This document shows positions 19,521 to 26,661 of a stretch of 64,000 nucleotides of DNA, piece after piece. The notes beneath the pieces are model-generated. The model saw nothing but the letters and a program-made list of their open reading frames with translations. It ran no database searches and was not told the origin of the DNA. Within the stretch, counting starts at the first letter, position 1. The number at the start of each line of letters is the position of its first letter. The DNA is taken from contig ONEQ01000012.1 of assembly GCA_900316885.1 (NCBI GenBank), positions 2,490 to 66,489 of the forward strand, written 5' to 3'. The translations under genes and the position numbers were made by a program. Source of the stretch: an uncultured Eubacteriales bacterium. GTDB taxonomy: Bacteria; Bacillota; Clostridia; Oscillospirales; Ruminococcaceae.

Positions 19521-20033
19521 ATGAAAAAAGAATTTGAAGCCCTGTACCGCGAATATTTTCCACGCATTTATGCGTTTCTCTTTAAATTGACCGAGAACCG
19601 TGATCTGTCCGAGGAGCTGACGCAGGAGACGTTCTACCAGGCGTTCATTGCCTTTTACCGTTTCCGGGGTGACAGCGATGTATTCACATGGCTGGCATCG
19701 ATTGCGAAGCATACTTATTTCAGATGGCTGCGGAAAAACAAGCGGCAGATCGATTCGGTGGATCCGGAGGCGCTGATCGAAGCCTACAGCGAGAGTACCT
19801 CCGAGCATACCGAGGATACCGTCGAACGCCGCATGGCAGCGGAGCGCGTGCGCCACGCACTGGCGGAGCTGCCGAAGAAATACAGGGATGTGACCATCCT
19901 GCGTGTCTATGCCGATATGAGCTTTCAGCAGATCGGTGATGCGCTGCAGATCAGTGAAAACTCCGCCCGTGTGATCTTCTTCCGGGCAAAGAAAATGATG
20001 ATGGAGGCTATACAGGATGAATATGAATTGTAA
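19521..20033 (+). CDS. ECF-type RNA polymerase sigma-70 family factor
   Basis: Start at MKKEFEALYREYFPRIYAFLFKL with gaggtg RBS. Region 2 (ELTQETFYQAF) and region 4 (YRDVTILRVYADMSFQQIGDALQISENSARVIFFRAKK). Confidence 0.88.
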   Translation: MKKEFEALYREYFPRIYAFLFKLTENRDLSEELTQETFYQAFIAFYRFRGDSDVFTWLASIAKHTYFRWLRKNKRQIDSVDPEALIEAYSESTSEHTEDTVERRMAAERVRHALAELPKKYRDVTILRVYADMSFQQIGDALQISENSARVIFFRAKKMMMEAIQDEYEL

Positions 20034-20361
20034 GATCGCAATGGATCTCACGGAGCTTTATAAATCGGATGTTGTCAGCAAGGAGACCGCAGAGGCGATC
20101 CGCGAGCATCTGAAAACCTGCCCGGACTGCCGCCGCTACTACCGCGAATACGACATGCGCGACAATACGCCGGCACTGGATCTCCCGGTCGGTGACGAGC
20201 TGGACAGCATGGAAACGCGGCTGTACCATGATCTGTCGAAGCGTCTGGCGCACCGCCGTCTGTGGCAGATCATCGGCACGAGTGCCGCGATCGGCGCGGG
20301 GACGATCATGCTGGCGGTAGGAATCCTCATGACGGTGAAAACGCCGCACGATAAGCTGTAA
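20017..20361 (+). CDS. Anti-sigma factor (zf-HC2 type, single C-terminal TM)
   Basis: Overlaps the sigma gene by 17 nt. H-x3-C-x2-C motif (EHLKTCPDC). C-terminal TM IIGTSAAIGAGTIMLAVGILM. Confidence 0.75.
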   Translation: MNMNCKIAMDLTELYKSDVVSKETAEAIREHLKTCPDCRRYYREYDMRDNTPALDLPVGDELDSMETRLYHDLSKRLAHRRLWQIIGTSAAIGAGTIMLAVGILMTVKTPHDKL

Positions 20362-20364
20362 GCC

Positions 20365-20868
20365 ATGCTGCACATCTACTGCGGCGACGGCAAGGGGAAA
20401 ACGACTGCCGCGCTGGGGCTGTCCCTGCGTGCGGCAGGCAGCGGGATGCGGGTGCTGTTCGTGCAGTTCCTGAAGGGGTCGGAGACCTCGGAGCTGGCGA
20501 TGCTGGCACGGATCCCGGAGATCACGGTGCTGCGCTGCGACCGGAACTACGGGTTCACATTCCGCATGAGCGATGCAGACAAGGCGGCGCTGACCGCGTG
20601 TCACAACGCGATGCTGCGCACGATCCGGGAGCGTCTGCCTGAAACGGATCTGCTGGTGCTGGACGAATTCTGCGCCGCGTACAATCAAAGGCTCCTGGAC
20701 TGTTCGGAAGCCGAGCAGCTCATTGCGGACTGCAAGGCGGAGCTTGTCCTGACGGGACGCGATCCGGCGGAGCGATTCCTTGCGGCGGCGGATTATGTCA
20801 GTGAGATTCAAGCCGTGAAGCATCCGTATACCCGCGGCATTCCGGCACGGCGGGGGATTGAATACTGA
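20365..20868 (+). CDS. cobO: Cob(I)yrinic acid a,c-diamide adenosyltransferase (CobO/BtuR family)
   Basis: MLHIYCGDGKGKTTAALGLSLRAAGSGMRVLFVQFLKG P-loop region and LLVLDEF. 167 aa. Confidence 0.8.
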   Translation: MLHIYCGDGKGKTTAALGLSLRAAGSGMRVLFVQFLKGSETSELAMLARIPEITVLRCDRNYGFTFRMSDADKAALTACHNAMLRTIRERLPETDLLVLDEFCAAYNQRLLDCSEAEQLIADCKAELVLTGRDPAERFLAAADYVSEIQAVKHPYTRGIPARRGIEY

Positions 20869-20957
20869 CGGCACATCTCATTATAGCATAGGTGATTTGA
20901 GAAATCAAGTCATATTTGTAAATAAAAGGGGGCGCAGCCCAGAGCCCGCCCCCCTTG

Positions 20958-20988
20958 CAAAAAGAAATGCACACCCGAAGGTGTGCAT
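20958..20988 (-). terminator. Intrinsic terminator of tRNA-Arg
   Basis: On the minus strand: ATGCACACC-TTCG-GGTGTGCAT followed by TTCTTTTT. Confidence 0.8.
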
Positions 20989-20998
20989 CCTGTGAGTA

Positions 20999-21072
20999 CG
21001 CGCTCGAAGGGACTCGAACCCCCGACCTACTGGTTCGTAGCCAGTCACTCTATCCAGCTGAGCTACGAGCGC
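20999..21072 (-). tRNA. tRNA-Arg (anticodon ACG)
   Basis: Hand-folded reverse complement: GCGCTCG TA GCTC AGCTGGATA GAGT G ACTGG CUACGAA CCAGT AGGTC GGGGG TTCGAGT CCCTT CGAGCGC + G. The cloverleaf has an ACG anticodon. CCA is not encoded. Confidence 0.9.
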
Positions 21073-21090
21073 ATCTGCTCAACAAAAACT

Positions 21091-21119
21091 ATTATAGCAC
21101 AAGTCTTTTGATTTGTCAA
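21091..21119 (-). promoter_or_regulatory. Consensus sigma-A promoter for tRNA-Arg
   Basis: Minus strand TTGACA - 17 nt - TGcTATAAT (extended -10), ending about 18 nt upstream of the tRNA 5' end. Confidence 0.8.
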
Positions 21120-21145
21120 GGGTTTTTTCAAAAAAATTTTCTTTT

Positions 21146-21183
21146 TCAAAATAAAAGCTCCCCCCGCAGGACTTGCGGGGGGA
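21146..21183 (-). terminator. Intrinsic terminator downstream of hpf
   Basis: Minus strand TCCCCCCGCA-AGTCC-TGCGGGGGGA followed by GCTTTTATTTTG. Confidence 0.75.
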
Positions 21184-21296
21184 AATATAGAGGAAAATAC
21201 AGTTAATCACATGATTCTGGAAACGGCGTTTGCGGTGAGCAGCCGCATCGGCACTGCTGGTTCATAGGGCATCAGCGTTCCAAATGTGATGAGCTA

Positions 21297-21821
21297 TCAA
21301 GCTTCGTCGGGTTCGAGGATTGCGAATCCCTCGTCCTCACGCCGGTAAACGACGTTGATCTCGCCGGAAGCGGCGTTGCGGAACATGAAGAAGTCGTGTC
21401 CGAGCATGTTCATCTGGAGGATTGCCTCCTCTGCGCTCATCGGGCGCATCTTGAACTTCTTGGTGCGGATGACGGAAATATCTGCCTCCTCCACGGTGTC
21501 CTGGAATTCCTGCTTGAAGGCATTATCCTTCAGGCGCTTCTCCAGACGTGTCTTATTTTTGCGGATCTGGCGGATGATCTTATCAATGGCGGCATCGAGA
21601 GCATCGTTCTTGTCCACTGCCGTCTGCTCTGCGCGGAACAGCATCTGATTGTAGCGGACTGTGAGCTCGAGCTCGATGTTGCCCTTGCGCTCCGTCAGCA
21701 TGAGCTTTGCTTCGGCTTCATCACCGAAGAACTTGTCGAGCTTAGCGCTTAAGCGCTCCTGGGCGTACTCGGTAAAGGATTGGTTGATCTGCATTTTCTT
21801 TCCATTAACTGTTACGTTCAA
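21297..21821 (-). CDS. hpf: Ribosome hibernation-promoting factor (long HPF)
   Basis: MNVTVNGKKMQINQSFTEYAQERLSAKLDKFF S30AE/sigma-54 modulation domain plus a C-terminal dimerisation domain (PMSAEEAILQMNMLGHDFFMFRN). Confidence 0.9.
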   Translation of the reverse strand: MNVTVNGKKMQINQSFTEYAQERLSAKLDKFFGDEAEAKLMLTERKGNIELELTVRYNQMLFRAEQTAVDKNDALDAAIDKIIRQIRKNKTRLEKRLKDNAFKQEFQDTVEEADISVIRTKKFKMRPMSAEEAILQMNMLGHDFFMFRNAASGEINVVYRREDEGFAILEPDEA

Positions 21822-21971
21822 AATTGTTTCCTCCTTTACGGGGTTGTTACCAACCCGCCTTATGATATTACTATTATATCACAATGCCTGAAAAAAATCA
21901 AGTGATTTTTGGATTTTTATTAATTTCCATGAACGCAAACATGAAAATTTGGTTAAGACGATGAAAAACGA

Positions 21972-22000
21972 TTGCAAATCTTTCCGATATGTATTATAAT
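21972..22000 (+). promoter_or_regulatory. Promoter-like TTGCAA-17-TATAAT, distal copy
   Basis: 24 of 30 positions are identical to the proximal copy at 22446-22475. The last 13 nt, ATGTATTATAATA, are identical. Confidence 0.5.
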
Positions 22001-22009
22001 AGGGTGGTA

Positions 22010-22122
22010 GTCCAAATAGGAGTGCCCCACCCCCCAGCCCCCTCCCCGAGGGGAGGGGGAGAAGGCGCAGGGGGCTGCGCCCCCTGCACCCCGCTATGTG
22101 GGGGCTTTCGCCCCCACGCCCC
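22010..22122. repeat. GC-rich multi-hairpin module
   Basis: Three hairpins: ccccctcccc-ga-ggggaggggg, gcagggggc-tgc-gccccctgc (22067-22087) and gtgggggc-tttc-gcccccac. Confidence 0.8.
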
Positions 22123-22338
22123 CGCAAGGGGAGCGCCCCACACCTCGCAGGGGGAGTGCCCCACACCTCGCAAGGGGAGCGCCCCACACCTCGCAGGGGG
22201 CGTGCCCCACACCCCGCAGGGGGCGCGCCCCACACCCCGCGCACCCCGCAGGGGGAGTGCCCCACACCTCACAGGGGGAGCGCCCCACACCCCGCAAGGG
22301 GAGTGCCCCACACCCCGCAGATGGAGTTCCCCACACCC
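22123..22338. repeat. Tandem array, 9 copies of a 23-bp unit CGCA(A/G)GGGG(A/C)G(Y)GCCCCACACC(Y)
   Basis: Units at 22123, 22146, 22169, 22192, 22215, then a 9-nt partial, then 22247, 22270, 22293 and a degenerate one at 22316. There are no spacers between units. 23 is not a multiple of 3. Confidence 0.85.
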
Positions 22339-22445
22339 TGTGAGACAGCACGTCCCCGAACAGCAGCGCCCCATCCCCGCGGGACAGCGCATCGCCCGCC
22401 CCTGCGCGGCAGTATCCCCCAACACACAGGACAGACAGAAAACAC

Positions 22446-22474
22446 TTGCAGTTTTCTCTGAAATGTATTATAAT
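22446..22474 (+). promoter_or_regulatory. Promoter TTGCAG-17-TATAAT for the FHA-FtsW-PBP operon, proximal copy
   Basis: The -10 ends 33 nt before the ATG at 22508. An AAAGGAG RBS lies in between. Confidence 0.6.
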
Positions 22475-22507
22475 AAGTAAGTATGACAAAACAGAAAGGA
22501 GCCGACT

Positions 22508-22999
22508 ATGATCGATTTCAACGAATTGTTCCAGTATATCCGGAATCTTGCTATCCCCGATCTGGTGCTCTGTGCCCTGGCGGTGGTCGTGCTCGATGTG
22601 TTCGCATTGTCCATCATCCTCGCCGCCAACCGGGAATCCAGGCTCTGCCGCAAACGATGGCAGAAGGTCTCCAACGGGCTGGAGCTTCGCTTCTGGGATA
22701 ATCACTATCCCCTCGAAGCCGATGAGATCCTGCTCGGACGCCATGTCTCCGCCGATGTGCGGCTCGCAGATGCATCCGTATCCCGCTACCATGCGGTCAT
22801 GACCGTCAGCGCGGGCGTCTGGAGCATCACCGACCTCGACTCCAAGTCGGGAACCTACGTCAACGACAAAAAGATCAAGCAGGCACGCCTGCATCCGGGC
22901 GACTGCATCCGCCTGGGCAGCGTACAGATGTACCTCGCCCGCCAGAGCAATGAGCCCGATGCGCGGCGCACACGGAAGGGAGGCGGTCAGCGTGCTTAA
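22508..22999 (+). CDS. FHA domain-containing membrane protein
   Basis: N-terminal TM (LVLCALAVVVLDVFALSIILAA). FHA core LGRHVSADVRLADASVSRYHAVMTVSAGVWSITDLDSKSGTYVNDKKI. Confidence 0.85.
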   Translation: MIDFNELFQYIRNLAIPDLVLCALAVVVLDVFALSIILAANRESRLCRKRWQKVSNGLELRFWDNHYPLEADEILLGRHVSADVRLADASVSRYHAVMTVSAGVWSITDLDSKSGTYVNDKKIKQARLHPGDCIRLGSVQMYLARQSNEPDARRTRKGGGQRA

Positions 23000-24305
23000 A
23001 AACGGTCTGCGCTACGGCAGCGCTATTTCTCTGCTGCTGCTCACGCATCTGTCGATGCTCGGCATCGTGCTGGTGCGCGGCAACTACGAAACCCCGATGG
23101 ATCTGGTATGGCTCGCCGTTGCCGTCCTCGGCTTCGATCTGGTCGGCATCATCGCGGCATCGATCTACCGCCAGATGACCTACACCCTCGACCTCATGCT
23201 CCTCGCCATCCTCAACATGAGCCTGATTTTCCAGTCGTGCTTCGGCGGCGTGGATTTCTTCTCGAACGGACTCAAGCACCTCATCACGAGCGCGGCGGCG
23301 ATGATCGCCTGTGAGCTGGGCTTCCTCCTCACGCGCAATCACGAATGGATCCGAATGCAGAAGAAATACATCTACATCGTGATCGGCATCCTGATTCTTG
23401 CCATCCTGACCCTCACGGGCGGACGCAGCATGTGGATCACCTTCAAGGGCTTCTCCATCCAGCCGTCGGAGTTCATCAAGCCCTGCTTTGTTCTGGTCTG
23501 CGCGGCATCCATCGTGGAGCTGCACAAGAAGATCAAGATCCTGTTCTTCTATGTCTCCAAGGACACCCTCTGCCTGTGCGCGGCGACGCTCGTCATTTTC
23601 GGCTTGCAGTGGTGGTGCCGCGATCTCGGAAGTCTGCCGACCTTTGCGGCAATCTTCGGCTGTGCGCTGGTCTGCCGTCTGTGCTATCCGCGTGCGAAGA
23701 TCAACAAGACCGCCATCGCGGCGATGTGCGTGGGCGGCGTGCTGCTCGCCATGATCGCATGGATGCTCGCGCCCTCGTATGTGCAGGATCGTCTGCATGC
23801 CGACATCTGGGCGGATCAGTACGGCAAGGGCTACCAGCAGTGTCAGGCACTCATTGGCATTGCCCGCGGCGGCTGGCTGGGCGTGGGTCCCGGAAACGGC
23901 AAGCTTGCCGGGGTATTCGCGCATGAATCCGACATCGTATTCTGCACGATCTGCGAGGAATGGGGACTGCTCTACGCAGGACTGACCGTGGTCATCATCC
24001 TCATCATGCTCACGACCGTGCTGATGAATCCCCCCAAGAGCTACTACCACGCGACCATGAGCGCGGGTGTTGTGGCGGCGTTCATCGCGCAGATGGCACT
24101 GAACATCTTCGGCTCCTGCGATATGATCCCGTTCACGGGCGTGACGCTCCCGTTCATCTCGGAGGGCGGCAGTTCGATGGTGACATGCGGCTTTCTGGTC
24201 GGGATGCTCAAGGCAGGACAATCCCCGCTGTTCCACCACGAAGTCCCCAGGCGCAAGAAGAAACCGCAGGAAAAACCCCCGGTAAGAAGGAGGGCTGACG
24301 CATGA
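22992..24305 (+). CDS. FtsW/RodA/SpoVE family peptidoglycan glycosyltransferase (SEDS)
   Basis: GTG start after gggagg overlaps the FHA stop; the ORF-track ATG 22950 lies inside the FHA gene. Multi-TM. QPSEFIKP, TICEEWGL and GVTLPFISEGGSSMV motifs. Confidence 0.85.
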   Translation: MLKNGLRYGSAISLLLLTHLSMLGIVLVRGNYETPMDLVWLAVAVLGFDLVGIIAASIYRQMTYTLDLMLLAILNMSLIFQSCFGGVDFFSNGLKHLITSAAAMIACELGFLLTRNHEWIRMQKKYIYIVIGILILAILTLTGGRSMWITFKGFSIQPSEFIKPCFVLVCAASIVELHKKIKILFFYVSKDTLCLCAATLVIFGLQWWCRDLGSLPTFAAIFGCALVCRLCYPRAKINKTAIAAMCVGGVLLAMIAWMLAPSYVQDRLHADIWADQYGKGYQQCQALIGIARGGWLGVGPGNGKLAGVFAHESDIVFCTICEEWGLLYAGLTVVIILIMLTTVLMNPPKSYYHATMSAGVVAAFIAQMALNIFGSCDMIPFTGVTLPFISEGGSSMVTCGFLVGMLKAGQSPLFHHEVPRRKKKPQEKPPVRRRADA

Positions 24306-25675
24306 AAAGTATCCGCAGAGGACAGCATCTGATTACCATTATGCTGCTGGTGTTCCTGCTGATGTTCGGTGTGCTGATCTATCGGCTCCAGACGAAGGCA
24401 GCGTTCTACATCTCACATTCCTCGGACATGTCGCTCGGCAAGGTCTATGACCGCCGGGGCGATGTGCTCTTTGACCCCAAGGCGACGGCGGGCACCTACG
24501 GCGCGGATTATTTCATCGACGTGGGCAATCTCATCGGTGACGATTCCCGCCAGATGACCAACACCCTCGTTTCCCAGAACCGCGAGCGCCTTGCGAATTT
24601 CAGCTTCATGCTCGGTGAACAGACGGACGGGCAGGCATCGGTCTGCACGACGCTCGATCATACGGTGAACCGCAGGGTCTACGACCGGTTTGGCTGGAAG
24701 AACGGCTGCGCGGTGGCATATAACTATGTGACCGGCGAGATCTACGTCTGCTTTTCCAAGCCCAGCGTGAACATTCTCGATCACTACGAGAACATCGACA
24801 GCCTTGAGGACGGCAGTCTGCTGTGCAAGGTGTTCTATCCGACGGTTCCCGGCTCGACACAGAAGATCGCCACGACCCTTGCGGCGCTCGAGCACATGGG
24901 CTACGAAACCCTCATGGAAAAGAGCTATTCCTGCATCGGCGGATACCAGAATCTCGGCGGCGAGGTCATCAAGTGCCACAAGGATGCCGGTCACGGGATC
25001 CAGGACATCAACGAGGCATTCGCCAACAGCTGCAATCCGTGGTTTGCGCAGCTTGTCGAGGATCCGGGCTGGAAGCTCTCGGACATCGAGGAAACCTACC
25101 ATTCCATGGGCTACAACATCAACAACGAGGACACGCCCCAGACGATCGACGTGGACGGTATCAGCGCATTCACGGCATCGACGAACCTCACGGACAAGAC
25201 GGATTTCAACACCCAGTGGGGCTGCATGGGACAGGGCACGACGCTGGTAAGCCCCTTGCAGCTCATGGTATGGCAGAGCGCCATCGCCAACCAGACGGGT
25301 GTGGCAACGATGCCGCATCTGATCGACCACACGGTGTCGGTCAGCGGCAAGGCGGGCGCGAAGGCGACGACCGCCTACGGACAGCACCGGATGTTCAGCC
25401 CGGAGAATGCGGCGCACATGCGCGAGATCATGCGCTATAACGGCATCAACCGCTATGCGGATCTGCTGCCGGGTTCTGTGGTTGCCGTCAAGAGCGGCAC
25501 GGCGCAGATCGGCAAGGACAAGACGGAAAACTCCCTGCTCACGGGCTTTGTGGATGATCCGGATTTCCCGGTTGCATTCTGCATCGTGATCGAGAACCGT
25601 GTCAGCGGCGAGGTGACCACGAGCCAGATCGCCGCGACGATGTTACAGGAGCTGAAAACAGCGCTCGATAATTAA
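24302..25675 (+). CDS. Class B penicillin-binding protein (transpeptidase, PBP2/PbpA-like)
   Basis: ATGA overlap with the SEDS gene. N-terminal TM. STQK (SxxK), SCN (SxN) and KSGTA (KTG-like). Confidence 0.85.
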   Translation: MKSIRRGQHLITIMLLVFLLMFGVLIYRLQTKAAFYISHSSDMSLGKVYDRRGDVLFDPKATAGTYGADYFIDVGNLIGDDSRQMTNTLVSQNRERLANFSFMLGEQTDGQASVCTTLDHTVNRRVYDRFGWKNGCAVAYNYVTGEIYVCFSKPSVNILDHYENIDSLEDGSLLCKVFYPTVPGSTQKIATTLAALEHMGYETLMEKSYSCIGGYQNLGGEVIKCHKDAGHGIQDINEAFANSCNPWFAQLVEDPGWKLSDIEETYHSMGYNINNEDTPQTIDVDGISAFTASTNLTDKTDFNTQWGCMGQGTTLVSPLQLMVWQSAIANQTGVATMPHLIDHTVSVSGKAGAKATTAYGQHRMFSPENAAHMREIMRYNGINRYADLLPGSVVAVKSGTAQIGKDKTENSLLTGFVDDPDFPVAFCIVIENRVSGEVTTSQIAATMLQELKTALDN

Positions 25676-25765
25676 AATGCTAAAATTTCACAATTCTGTC
25701 ATGGTATGCCCCTTGACAAACAGACCGCAATGCGCTATAATGAAGGCGGGAAGGGGGCTTTTACG

Positions 25766-26362
25766 ATGACCAAGGAACGGCGGGCGGAAATCGCCCGGCT
25801 TATTGAACAAGGGGAATGGCTCCATGTGACCGGCAGCCGCAAGAATATTATGCAGACAGAGTTCTACGACGTTGTCGAGGAGCTGCTGCACCGTGACGAA
25901 GTGCGGGAGCTGGCGGATTTCACGCATCACCGGATGACAACGCGGTATCAGCATTGCCTGAACGTCTCCTATTATAATTACAAGCTTTGCCGGTTATTCC
26001 GGCTGGATGCCGATTCCGCGGCGCGTGCGGGGCTTCTGCACGATCTGTATCATTACGATACGGCACGGTATTCCAAGACCGCACCAGCCATCAAGCACAG
26101 TCATTACCATCCGCAGGTGGCGCTTGAAGCAGCCGAAAAGCTGCTGGAGATGAACGACTGCGAGCGTGACATGATCGGGAACCACATGTGGCCCGTGACC
26201 GTTCCTCGCCCGAAATATGCGGAGACGTACATCATCACCTTTGTGGACAAATACTGCGCCGTGATCGAGTACCTGCTCCCGCAGCCGGCACGATTCGGCA
26301 GATACGTCCGCAACCGCATCTATGCCTGTCGGCACAGGAATACGAAAACCGCCCGGAGCTGA
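25766..26362 (+). CDS. HD-domain phosphohydrolase
   Basis: HHRMTTRYQHCLNVS...LLHDLYHYD (H...HD...D pattern). Start chosen at MTKERRAEIARL after a G-rich RBS. Confidence 0.7.
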   Translation: MTKERRAEIARLIEQGEWLHVTGSRKNIMQTEFYDVVEELLHRDEVRELADFTHHRMTTRYQHCLNVSYYNYKLCRLFRLDADSAARAGLLHDLYHYDTARYSKTAPAIKHSHYHPQVALEAAEKLLEMNDCERDMIGNHMWPVTVPRPKYAETYIITFVDKYCAVIEYLLPQPARFGRYVRNRIYACRHRNTKTARS

Positions 26363-26377
26363 ACCGGGCGGTTTTTT
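26349..26377 (+). terminator. Intrinsic terminator of the HD gene
   Basis: ccgcccgg-agctgaa-ccgggcgg followed by TTTTTT. The stem overlaps the stop codon. Confidence 0.8.
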
Positions 26378-26384
26378 ATGCGGG

Positions 26385-26655
26385 GATTGCGGAGGCTCCC
26401 CCCCCCTCCCCCAAGGGGGAGGGGGCTTTGCGCAGGGGGCTGCGCCCCCTGCACCCCGCTTGCGGGGGCTGGTGCCCCCACACCCCATGCCCCCCAAAAA
26501 AGGGGGAGGGGGCTTTTCGCAGGGGGCTGCGCCCCCTGCACCCCGCTTGCGGGGCTGGTGCCCCCACACCCCATGCCCCCCAAAAAAGGGGGAGGGGGCT
26601 TTGCGCAGGGGGCTGCGCCCCCTGCACCCCGCTTGCGGGGCTTACGCCCCACATC
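26385..26655. repeat. About 87-bp GC-rich hairpin module in ~3 tandem copies
   Basis: The core gcagggggctgcgccccctgcaccccgcttgcgggg recurs at 26432, 26519 and 26605 (periods 87 and 86). Each copy is preceded by cccc(c)aa(aaaa)gggggaggggg. Confidence 0.85.
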
Positions 26656-26661
26656 TCAACC

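Noticed and set aside
20869-21296. Integrated element at tRNA-Arg
   Set aside because: No integrase, direct repeat of the tRNA 3' end or compositional break is seen on either side. The flanks are ordinary terminators and a promoter.
22123-22338. Possible CRISPR array
   Set aside because: The 23-bp units are directly adjacent with no unique spacers between them. There are no cas genes and no leader, so it is a simple tandem repeat.
21989-22894. ORFs of 80-266 aa on both strands across 21989-22894 (e.g. 21989..22480, 21994..22425, 22094..22894)
   Set aside because: They are translations of the GC-rich hairpin modules and the 23-bp tandem array, which explains the Gly/Pro/Ala/Arg runs. The repeat period is not divisible by 3, there is no RBS, and they overlap one another in all frames.
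22875-25417. 454-aa and 334-aa minus-strand ORFs (22875..24239, 24413..25417)
   Set aside because: They are antisense to the SEDS and PBP genes, which carry diagnostic motifs.
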